Source: Tubulanus polymorphus
Taxonomy: Eukaryota > Animalia > Nemertea
Assembly: GCF_964204645.1 (NCBI RefSeq)
Contig: NC_134035.1
Span: 12,060,451 to 12,124,450, forward strand
Direction: 5' to 3'
Length of the DNA stretch: 64,000 bases
Within the stretch, counting starts at the first letter, position 1, and each line of letters begins with the position of its first letter. Positions 12,801 through 23,313 of this stretch are shown here, piece by piece. The notes under the pieces are model-generated. The model ran no database searches, had not been told where the DNA came from, and saw only the letters and a list, made by a program, of their open reading frames with translations. Position numbers and translations under genes: made by a program.

Positions 12801-15800
12801 ACCCTGTAAAGTTCCTACTTAGTCCTAGTAAACCCTGTAAAGATCCTACCTAGTCCTAGTAAACCCTGTAAAGTTCCTACTTAGTCCTAGTAAACCCTGT
12901 TAAGATCCCACCTAGTCCTAGTTAACCCTGTTAAGTTCCTACTTAGTCCTAGTAAACCCTGTAAAGTTCCAACCTAGTAAACCCTGTAAAGTTTCCTACC
13001 TAGTAAACCCTCTAAAGTTTCTAGCTGGTAAACCCTGAAAAGTTTCCTATTCTTTTCATCCTGGGGTGGATCTAGGGGGTCGTGTTGTAGATCCAAACCC
13101 CTTCCTTCCCATCGAGATTGCCCTTTTCGTCAAGACCAAGTTGATTAAAACCTGCAAATTTGACACTCATCCTCTCGAAATTTGTGTCTTTAAGGAACTA
13201 TTTCTTAAGAGACATGTTAAAACCAAAGGAGGGACTCTTAGCGAGTTGCCTTTGACTCGGCTGCTTCTCTTCCAGACCCCTTACAAGTTTCCTATACCCA
13301 CACCAGTAGTCTTCCAGCCTTCACCGACACGACAATTATATGTCCATCATAGATTTTTTAACATGATGTATGCATTTCTTACACTAAAAAGCATAAGTTT
13401 ATGGAAAATTCATGTTCATTTAAGTACTGGTAATGATTTGATATTTCTCTCTAGTAATATAAAATCACAGCTGTATGTAGATGCATTGAATATCAGTATC
13501 ATTGTACTGAATACATCAGTTTGCATAATGCATAGTTATATCATTCATTAGTATTCAGTTAACATACTGTCACATCTGGCGCAGATACTGGAATTCCGCA
13601 ATTCACTGACTTTTTTTTCCGAAAAGAAAATAATGTTCAGTTTGAATTTTCATTTGACTGGAATTTTGGCCGTCCTGACCTTAACCCTTTCAGTGCTGAG
13701 TAACTAATACCCTAGACTGCTGGAGATGATTTAGAAATTTCAATAAATTCCACCCCATTGTGTTATGTAACGGGCATACAATATAGTGCATCTACACTGG
13801 TGCGGTGTATTGTTAGTTACTAATATTTCACAATGTTTGACTGGCGCTGGGGCTATCTGTATTTCTATGACCCATTATTCAGAAGTCTTGCCACAAATTT
13901 AACCCCAAAAAATTGAAATTTTCAGCGATGGAAAGGTGGCAAGCGGAGAGCGGAAAAAGATGAATTTGTTGGGGCAAAATTTTTCCTCTGCGTCCAAACT
14001 CCGGCTGCACCGATTGAATTACAACAAGTGTAAGTACGCGACTATCCTCATTGCTGGTTTATTTAACCCTCTGTTTCGCTCCTGGCGGGTGTGGTGGGGT
14101 AGTAAGGGGCACCAAAAGAAAAAAAAACAGGATGAAATGAAAAACAAAATGTATCAATCAAACAAGTAACAGGGTCTATCCCTATTCTTAATTCAAAAAG
14201 AAGAAAATTGTGAATATCCGGCGATATTTTATCATTCGATGTTCATTTGTTTTTTCCGATTGATTTCGACAGAGAGAATCAAGTTGAAAACTTCTCTCGA
14301 TTTGTGAAAACGATGGACGATAACGTGAAACATCTGATCAACGTCGGTGAAAAAAATTTCAAAAATCATCAAGGACGTGAGTATTGAGTACCTGATGCCT
14401 GCACCCTTCAGACATTCAATACTTTATGAACACTCTTCTGGTCCACACTTCGCATGTGTTTAATCCTTCACCTGACACATTTTTGATGATGATGATGTAA
14501 TAATTATTATGTATATAATAATAATTATAATTATTATAAACATGTGATCGAGTGTGTGAGGGGTGTGTGTGTTTCCGCGTGCATGCGTACGTCTGAGTGT
14601 GGTATGAATGTAAGGGGCCTTGCATACATAAGCATTCTTTTGCTTCTCCAAGACCCTGCCCTTTTATTACAACATGAATATCACCATGGACGTATAGACT
14701 AGACCTTAACACTAGTCTATGCGCCCATGATGACACTTATATATAACAGTACCCTTGTATTCTTTTATATAATTTTGTATGTATAATCGTGTTGTAATTC
14801 GAGGGAAAATAAAAAAAGTTATAATAGTTCATTCAAATTGGCAAATTGAGCATACATGCATATGTGGCAAAAATTGAATTTTCAATCAGAAATGAACTAC
14901 AAATACCTGACAATAGACATCTTGGCCCAGTTTTACGAAAAAGTTTATGCCTAAAACGATTAAGTTTGAATTGTTGTCCGCATTGAAAACATGAAGTAAC
15001 CAATGGCAATTACAACAAAAATTTGAGTTTAACATTCCGGGAAACCGGGTCCTTATCAGCAAACTTTCAAAAAGAGATCATCATGATTTTATTTAAGATG
15101 ATTAATGTCTGAAAGGGGTGAATCAAGGCTGTAACACTTCTGCTAATGATAAATGCACGTTACATACAAAATAGTTAGATATTATTCATTCTATTGCAGC
15201 ATTCAAACGTGAATTTCAAAGAGTTGGTCACTCGTTTACAGGACTAGCGAATGCTTTCGATCTAGATACAGGAATCTGTACGTATCCCTGCGTTGTGAAC
15301 AGTCTGTCACGTATCCCTGCGTTGTGAACAGTCTGTCACGTATCCCTGCGTTGTGAACAGTCTGTCACGTATCCCTGCGTTGTGAACAGTCTGTCACATA
15401 TCCCTGCGTTGTGAACAGTCTGTCACGTATCCCTGCGTTGTGAACAGTCTGTCACGTATCCCTGCGTTGTGAACAGTCTGTCACGTTCGGATTACAATCA
15501 ATTTATCACTGAAATTTTGCTTCTATTTCTCTCTGTATCTGTAATACTTAGATTCTGGAGGATTGACTGAAGCGATAAAACACACCGGAAAAACATACGA
15601 CGACATCGGAAATCTTTTCTCTTCACAGGTGAATTCAATATCAATTTCTGCCTAGTTTTCATTGCGTAGTTAGTTTCTCCAAAAAAACGTTCAACACAAA
15701 TATGAACCATAAGTCGTAGTTAGACGAGAAGATACGCAATATTCGTGTATGATGATGACGAGAGAAATCCCACAATAACGAAGCCAAGATTGAAAAATTC

Positions 15801-16823
15801 TATATCAGAATGATTTTATTTGAGGAGCGACGTTTCGGCTAACACCTGTTAGCCATCATCAGGCGTACTGATGAGTACAGTACGCCTGATGATGGCTAAC
15901 AGTTGTTAGCCGAAACGTCGCTCCTCAAATATAATCATTCTGATATAGAATTTTTCAATCTTGGCTTCGTTATTGTGGGATTTCTCTCGTCATAAGTCGT
16001 AGTTGCTTGTTATTTTCAATGGTCTTAACAGGTCGATTGACGCTCAGGTGGCCTCTGACCTGGAAAACCGGGAAAACTCGGGGAATTGGAAATCTAGAAA
16101 AAAATCTGGGAAAACTCGGGGAATTTGAAACATTTCACAAGAAACCCTGGAAAACTTAAAGAATGTGGATAATATTATTGACTATGAGTTTTAATTAATA
16201 CGCGATTCAATAAATAAATGAATTGTAGCCTAGAGATTCGTCTGACTCAATTCCGGGGAATTTTATCTAATAAAATGGAAAGATCACTGAAAGCGCCGGG
16301 GATTTTTAGATAGGTGGAAAGTGACCACCCGGCCAGGACTGTTAAACCTAGTCCAGTGTTGGCGCATTAATCATGTATGTTGTTTAATGTTTCAGCCGCC
16401 TAAAGACATGGTACCGTTAATGGACGTGCTGTACGAATATAAAGGAATATTGACCGGTTTCCCGGAAATCATTCAAACTCACAAGAGCGCGACGACTAAA
16501 GTTCGCGAGTGCCAGAAATCGCAAGAAGAGGGAAAAATGACGGAATCGGAAGTTCAAGCGATTGTTTCGAAGTGTGATACGATTTCGTACGCCGTGCTGT
16601 CCGAGGCCGGCTATTTCCAACAGGAACGTGTTCAAGATTTTAAAGTTGCCATGCAACTCTACCTCCAAGAGCAAATACAATTCTATAAAAAGGTAAAGAA
16701 CGCTTGAAATAAACAGAGGGTAAAGGTGTGTGGTTTTACTGTGGTTTTAATCTATTTTTCACTTGACTATTTCAGATAACTGCCAAACTAGAAGATGCTC
16801 TACACAAGTATGACAGCGTATAG
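6874..16823 (+). CDS. SH3PX1: Sorting nexin of the SNX9/SNX18/SNX33 family (SH3 - low complexity - PX - BAR), ~537 aa, 14 coding exons
   Basis: Exons 6874-6888, 7450-7536, 7703-7777, 7933-8115, 8970-9052, 11612-11702, 11965-12090, 12486-12731, 13926-14029, 14273-14376, 15200-15277, 15552-15628, 16396-16692 and 16776-16823 are all GT-AG and phase-consistent. SH3: [14 protein letters not shown]...GDGWWEA...GLVPEAY. Acidic [10 protein letters not shown] motif. [18 protein letters not shown]: [52 protein letters not shown]: [29 protein letters not shown]. Confidence 0.95.
9704..9894. mobile_element. Tc1/mariner-type MITE
   Basis: TIRs CAGTAGATTCCTCGTAACTT and AAGTTACGAGGAGTCTACTG, flanked by TA on both sides. 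Confidence 0.8.
9957..10007 (+). CDS. Candidate 51-nt frame-preserving cassette exon of the sorting nexin
   Basis: tttcag|C GTT GCC GTA GCA CCG GTG CCT AGT ACT GGT GCT CTT TCA TCG TCA TGG TG|gtatgt. Phase 2-2 matches the flanking exons and there is no stop codon. Confidence 0.4.
10798..11084. mobile_element. piggyBac-type MITE
   Basis: TTAA-CCCTTTCAGTGC ... GCACTGAAAGGG-TTAA. An opposite-orientation copy is at 17133-17428 and a partial copy at 13681-~13850. Confidence 0.85.
11314..11400 (+). ncRNA. Minimal type I hammerhead ribozyme motif, Penelope-like end remnant
   Basis: TTTCT-CTGATGA-T-GAGGTT(tacaagt)AACCCC-GAAAC-T-GTT-AGAAA: stem I, catalytic core, stem II and GAAA. GTGGGTTT follows ~25 nt downstream. 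Confidence 0.65.
12752..13050. repeat. Intronic minisatellite, 31-bp period with shorter ~22-bp variants
   Basis: Units agtcctagtaaaccctgtaaagttcctactt, with gtcc at 12791, 12822, 12853, 12884, 12915 and 12946. Confidence 0.9.
13681..13850. mobile_element. Partial piggyBac-type MITE (same family as 10798-11084)
   Basis: Begins TTAACCCTTTCAGTGCTGA and aligns by eye with 17133 onward; the second TIR is missing. Confidence 0.7.
15275..15487. repeat. Intronic minisatellite, 29 bp x 7
   Basis: cgtatccctgcgttgtgaacagtctgtca at 15281, 15310, 15339, 15368, 15397, 15426 and 15455, near-identical. Confidence 0.95.
15722..15990. mobile_element. Fold-back non-autonomous Penelope-like element with a hammerhead motif in each arm
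   Basis: Arms 15755-15870 and 15878-15993 are near-perfectly inverted. A 33-nt unpaired tail occupies 15722-15754. TSD CATAAGTCGTAGTT at 15708-15721 and 15991-16004. Core CTGATGA-T-GGCTAAC(agtt)GTTAGCC-GAAAC-GTC at 15886-15919. Confidence 0.85.
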
Positions 16824-17046
16824 ACAGGGGGATATAATAGGGTCGTCAGTCTAGTCCGAGGTGACGCATTCCTCCCTGATCTAAGAAGCATCAATAATCG
16901 AACATGAACTCCTCACTTCAAACCAATAATGTTTTAACGGCTTGATTATACCAAAGACTGTCATAATTGATAGGAATCAACGAAAATAACGATATTCCAA
17001 ATGTTGTTTCATCATGTGTAAAACTCGAAAATGTAGAATAGATTGT

Positions 17047-17550
17047 GGCTAAAAAGAATGATACCTTGTTTCTCTGTCTGCTGGGCGTAAAAGTTCAACC
17101 AGCCGGCCGCCTATATACCTGGTACATTACTTTTAACCCTTTCAGTGCTGACTAATCAATACCCTATAGTGCTGGAGATAATTTGAAAATTCTGAAAAAT
17201 TCCACCCTAGTGTGTTGAATAACGGGAATAGCACTATAGTGCGTCTACACCGCGGCGCGGTGTATCGTTAGTTACTAATATTTCACTATGTTTGACAGGT
17301 GCTGCCATCTTTCAAGAGAGATAATTAGTAATTACTTATTAAATCAATACTCCGCAGTGCGGTGTACTAGCAAAATCCATCACTGATTCGTACACTGCAC
17401 TGCAGTGTAGACGCACTGAAAGGGTTAAATCGTGGTCGAGCTTATAGTAACAGACCCGGTATCTATAGAAATGAACTGATTACAAACTAAATCGCGATTT
17501 ACAAAAATTACCGCGTCAATTATGAGAAACAAGGTATGATTATTTTTAGC
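17047..17550. mobile_element. MITE with a nested piggyBac-type MITE (17133-17428), downstream of the sorting nexin stop codon
   Basis: Outer TIRs GGCTAAAAAGAATGATACCTTGTTTCTC and GAGAAACAAGGTATGATTATTTTTAGCC. Inner element bounded by TTAA-CCCTTTCAGTGC ... GCACTGAAAGGG-TTAA. Internal outer-element sequence recurs at ~4390-4505. Confidence 0.75.
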
Positions 17551-18887
17551 CTAATTATGAATGTGTGTTGCTGAATAGGGTTTGAAACCACGCACATTTT
17601 GCAGAAATGAATATAAGTTGTGTTTATTTTCATTCCTAACCGGTAGTCTCTCTCTCGTACGATACTGTACCGATATTTATTAGATTTTAAATTCATACGA
17701 GATATTTTTTATGAAATTACGTCGTTGTTGTCTGCTGCCGGTCAGGAATGAAAGGTGCTATTTAGAAACGGTTTTTGTTACGATGCATAAAGCATGTATA
17801 TAGATGTCGAAACGCTGCTGTGCTTATTGCTTACTGCTTGACACTTAACAATTTGATGTTCGGTGTTTTTCCTCATTTTACGTTTTTGTGTATAAATTAG
17901 TAACGACAGAGAGATTGAGCAAAATCAAAGAGTTCCGGATTTAATTTACCCTGAAGGGAAAATTTGGGAATTGTAACTTTCTTGAAAATCTAGGAAATGT
18001 GAGGGATTTCGAGGGTTCTTGTCGGTGACGAGTAGCACAGGAAACACAGCCCCCACTGAGGATATCTTGTAATCGAATCAGGGAATTTTTGGTCAAGGGT
18101 CGGGAAAATCGAATCAGGGAATGTCGGATTGTGTAATAAACCTTTAATGATGTTGAGTAGGAAGTGCCTACTACGTGCGTGATTGCGAAAAGAAAACAAT
18201 TGGAAAATAGAAAAAGAGTTCCGATTTGATCCACAGTTTGAGAATTTCGAATTATTTCTAGCTAATTATTTTCGATGTTGTAACGTTTTGTTTATTCAGT
18301 GGAAACTGCACTTTTTGATAGTTGTAAATACGAAAGCGATGTTACCACCTCGCAGTGCTTCTTACCGATAGAAATCTATCTATATATGATATCTCACTTC
18401 ATAATTCTTCGATTACGTTTATATAAGATAACACTGATGTAGGGTTTTATTATTATGGGTAGGTGTCGCGTGGGGCCAGTACAGTGGTTCAGTTCTCCAT
18501 CATAAGACGATGTTAGATATTTCACTTGTGGTTATGAACTAGGAGTCTGTCACAGCGTGTCGTATTGTGTCCGTCAAACAACGCACTCAACGATTTCTAA
18601 TAGTTTCGTTCATGGTCAAACGCAGCGGTTTTATCTGGAGTTTAAGCGATGCCTCTTCACACTCACTGGAGCGACAAACGATTTCACAGCCCTTATAGTT
18701 CGCCAGGCTTTTGGAAATTTAACCGGATGCGTCCTCTCCGACGGACGTGGCCACACTTCTTAGAATCAAATTTGACGGCCAATATGACGCGCGTGAACTA
18801 TATTTCGATACTATTCTATTGCTCATTATATTCTGTGATATGGAAATATATACATATATGATATATCAATTCATAAAACGATCCATT

Positions 18888-19001
18888 GGGAGCGACTGCA
18901 GTTTAGGCGTCCCTCCCTGTACCCATTAACCTAACCATAACACTATTCCTTAATGACACTATAGCGCCAGTGGAAAGGTGACCTAAACTGCAGTTAGACC
19001 G
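18888..19001. mobile_element. Small MITE-like inverted repeat
   Basis: ACTGCAGTTTAGG ... CCTAAACTGCAGT. Confidence 0.5.
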
Positions 19002-19937
19002 GTGGAATAATCGCGCTATAGCAATATTATTCATATTTTGTCCAACTCGATAATGCTTTCAGGAAATATTCGATTTTACTGACTGGAATTTTCGAATCAG
19101 GTTTCTAATTGAATTGTTCTTATCAAGAGAAAAAGCCATTAATGTTGTACATATTTGATTATATATATTTTGTATATAATAAATTGAATAAACAAATGAT
19201 ATTCCTATACTATAAAACTCTATCGATAGCTTATACATGTATGTTCTTTTTTTATTGGGAACTTTCTGATTTCTAAGGTAAACACTGAGCTGGTTCTGAC
19301 CATTTCTTGGACACACTTCCTGCTTTGTTCGGGTGTCTATTTCCAAATATGAACTAACAAACATGTAAAACCGGTTTGGAGGAATTCACAGGAATCGAGT
19401 GTCTGCGCCGCAATACCAGAGAGAATTCGTTTAAAAAATCTACGTAATATGAATATGATATATATTTGTCGAAATAAATTTAGGCTAAGGAGAAATTGAG
19501 TAAGAAATCTATCGCGTTTATGTGGAAATTAGTGGGTCACTCTCGGACAGGTTAAACAGTAAACGAGCTTAAAATAAATAGAATCGTCAAAGGAATTCTT
19601 CAAAACACATTTCTCTCGCTCCCGCGTGTAAATATGTCTATACATGCAGCATGAATACTTATAAAATATTTTAGATTTGATTCGGAGAATTAGTGCTGCT
19701 TTCTGATTTTCAACCAAAGACAAGCCGCTCTTTTCCAACTCGAGTAAAGGCGCCTTAGTTTTCTGAATTTTGCTGTCCGCGAAATGTCTGTTTTACCGTA
19801 GAATCTGTACTTAACGGGAAACCTAGTTGTGGGAAATGTGAGCGTTCTTGATTCTCTATAATGAATATTTCATCAAACTTTATTCGTGCTTGTATATAAA
19901 TTGAAGAGACGCGTGAATATTGTGAATTAGTTGAAAT

Positions 19938-20046
19938 CAAGTTCCGGCGTTACAGAGGTCTAGCGTAGATCTCAGATTCCCAGAGTTACATAGGTCTAGC
20001 GTGGATCTTAAATTCCCAGCGTTACTGAGCTTTAACGTGGATCTTA
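19938..20046. repeat. Degenerate ~36-bp tandem repeat x 3
   Basis: Units resembling ttcccagcgttacanaggtctagcgtggatctt. Confidence 0.6.
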
Positions 20047-20160
20047 TACGTATACATACATTAAGAAGGTAACTGAACGATACAGGGTTATCTTGTGGTA
20101 CCTTTGGATAGTAATTGTGGAGATTATCGTGGATTAACGGATTAAAACTGTTCAGCTACG

Positions 20161-20754
20161 ATGATTGACGGACCTCCGCCCTACGAAGAACACAATAAAC
20201 CTATCGTACACAGTTATCGTGGACCCCCTCCGCCATATGAGCAGAATATACCCCGTTTTCACTACAGCATTCGCGCATCTCAAACATCTCGACCATCCAG
20301 ACATGTCATTCTTCAACAACCCACGCCTTCTGACGGCGCTACAGCGCCCCCTGGACTACGAGTCAACCGCTTACGGGGTGCTGGGGCCTCGCTATGCCTC
20401 ATGGGAGCATTTCTATTCATCGTCGGAATTTTTTGGCTCACACAATTCTGGAATATAGGCTACGGACTTTGGGGCGGTGCTCTGTACTTGACGTCCGGTA
20501 TAATCGGGATCGTTACTTCTTCAAAACCAACGAAAGCTTTACTAATTAGCTCGATATTTTTCGGTTCATTATCGGCCGCCGTTTCGACTGTTATCGTCGC
20601 ATATTACGCCATCAAAATGACGATAAACGTATATTTTTTACTCAGTGTTATAACCGGTGTCCTGATTTCTGTGATGTCTGTAATATTGGCTACGACTCCC
20701 GCGAAATGCTGTTACTCGAGAAGTACTGTCTCAGCTCCGATTCAACATTGCTGA
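20161..20754 (+). CDS. Intronless MS4A/CD20-like four-pass membrane protein with two N-terminal PPPY motifs (197 aa)
   Basis: Uninterrupted ORF with four hydrophobic segments. IGYGLWGGALYLTSGIIGIVTS resembles the MS4A G..(F/L)WGG....SG signature, and the C-terminus has a CC motif. GPPPYE appears twice; AATAAA at ~20980. Confidence 0.75.
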   Translation: MIDGPPPYEEHNKPIVHSYRGPPPPYEQNIPRFHYSIRASQTSRPSRHVILQQPTPSDGATAPPGLRVNRLRGAGASLCLMGAFLFIVGIFWLTQFWNIGYGLWGGALYLTSGIIGIVTSSKPTKALLISSIFFGSLSAAVSTVIVAYYAIKMTINVYFLLSVITGVLISVMSVILATTPAKCCYSRSTVSAPIQHC

Positions 20755-23313
20755 CGATCAGATGACGACTGGTTTAGACAGATGTGTATTCAATTTTCGC
20801 AGTTTTCGAAGTTGCTAAACGAATCTACGTTAATACTGATGATATGTAAATGTGTTCTAACGTTTTTCTCTTTAGTCAAAATCTCGAAACGATAGAACGA
20901 TTTAACAACACTAAATGTCCATGATGATTGGTTTATACATTTCATCTATATTCTTTTTGTAAATCATTCGGTTTTTTAAAATAAAGATAACTTGACAACT
21001 ATTTAGTGTAGTTATTCATTTTAGTGACAATTATTCAGTGCAGCTTGCAGTACTTCTGAACTATCACCAACGACTGTTAACGCAATTTGTCTCAATTCTT
21101 CACTCGTAATGCAATTTTTCTCGATTATAAATCTATCCATTGAAATATTGTATAAACAAACTGGAAAATCCTTGAAAAAATGCAGCGAAATGAGCTCTTT
21201 CTCCTCCTAAACCTGGACCCGCCCCTGCACAACTGGCTATACAATATCGCAAGCTCACTTGATATACGATGATCTCTTTCGCGTGCAACTCAATCGCAGT
21301 CAGCTGTTAGCTATTTCATTTTCGAAGCAACTCCAAATGAAGTGACGTATTAACTTTCTGTATTCCTATATTTCTTCGTCTATTGTAACACAAAAGAGAA
21401 AATCGCTTTTGTTCGGGATTCGTGGACTGTGGAATTTACAGCTTGAAAAAAAAACGAATTTACTTTGAGAGACTAAGTAATGACTAACGAAGAAAATACA
21501 ATTGATTATTTAAACTCCTACATATATTCATGTTATCAATTAATTGAATAAGTTTTAAGAGAACGTGCTCTTGATTCATTAGCGGTTAGAACGATTCATA
21601 TGTCCGCTAGCCAGGTCGAGCGTCCTGGAGCAATGCCACTCTAATTGGAGCTTGGAGTAATTTAATGATAGTATAGATGCAAATAATAATAATATAATAT
21701 ATTCATTTCCACTAAATATTACAATATATCCTTATACATTATAAAAATGAAGTTAAGTGAAATATTCTAATATTAAGCAGGGGAGACTGATTATTGAAAT
21801 GGCTAAATGTTCATATTATTCACTGAATAGATATCAAATGGTCTTGATTGATTTAGTAATGATGAGGATGGTTCATCGGTGCTGGAGCAATGCATCATCG
21901 ACATCAAAATGTGAAGGTGAACCAGTACTCCCAAGAACATTGATATTTACAAATATTAGTGCGCAGCCTGCCAGCGTATGAAATACAGTAGTATTGAATA
22001 TTCGTACCTTTGTATTTACAACAACGAATTTTTGTTTAATTTCATTCGATAACTGGCTTTATATATGAATGATTAAACCAGATCGGGTCGACATATGCTG
22101 CCCGAATATCGACAAGCGATAGCTCAATCGCCAGTTTGTTTAAAATCAAGTATTGAAGCAAAAATTCACGAGTCTCGATTTCATAAAATTCGCCGGTTCC
22201 AGATGGGATACGTTGAGATGAGCGTATTTATACTAAATATAAATCCCAGCGTTATGAAAGTATCTGAAACTGGATTCAGAGATTTAAGCGTGAATCCGGT
22301 TTTGTGAACACGGATCCTGCGGCTAGTTTGATTCATTAATCGGTTAAGATCGGTAGGCTAACCGAAATTTCCAATTATGTACTTCTGATCACACGACTTC
22401 TTCGATTTCCGATTTCAAAACCAAACCCCCTGTTTCGCTCACGGCAGGTTTCTTGGGTTTACAAGGGACACCATATCAAAACAAATCAAACGAGATCTAC
22501 CATCCGAATAGAACATGGTCAATCCCTATCTTGAGATAAAAATGATCTGTAGGCTAGGTATCTGACCCAAGATGAACATGATTGGTTTTGTGAACCTTGG
22601 CTATTTCCACATCGGCCAAACTACATTTACTGCAAGAGCTATTAGAAAATCGTGATATTGCGGTTGATATTTGGGGTCCTAAGCCTAGTAAACCCTATAG
22701 TGCATCTCCATCGTTACAGAGACAATGGTAATAAATTCAAAATGCGGGAACGGGGCGGGGATGAATGCCCATCTCAGTCCTCACTCAAATACTTTTCACG
22801 GCTTATCGTGTTACTTGGTGGTATATAACGACGGATCGCTCAGCCACCTGTCAATATTAATAATATTCTAACAGTACCGTTTTTCCCGGTGAGGACTAAG
22901 ACATATATATTTCTTGGGTAAGAACTGGACTAATCATCATTTTTGACAAAACTTTATTCTGGTAAGGTTCATAATCTTTTTTCTTTAAATTTAAACTTTC
23001 TGCAAATATCGCTTTTGTTTTCAATCTGCTTGATAAAAAGAGTCGACTTTCGTCGTTGTATCTAAAGGACCGATTTCCACAGTTCTAGATTTAGTTATGA
23101 AACATTGAAAATGAACTAGATTTAACTCCATAAATCGAACTTAACCGACAACACTGCTGCGGGATGCGGGTCCTATAGACACCGATCATTTAAGCTAAGA
23201 CTGGACATATTCTAAAGATCTTTGAACAAAGATACGTTTGAATAAAAACCATTAATGATTATTTCAATTTTCTTTTAAATCATTTTCCAGAGACATTTTG
23301 GTTAGGCTGAACT

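Noticed and set aside
13066-13551. 161-aa ORF inside a sorting nexin intron
   Set aside because: GTG start, overlaps repeat-like sequence and has no recognisable motif.
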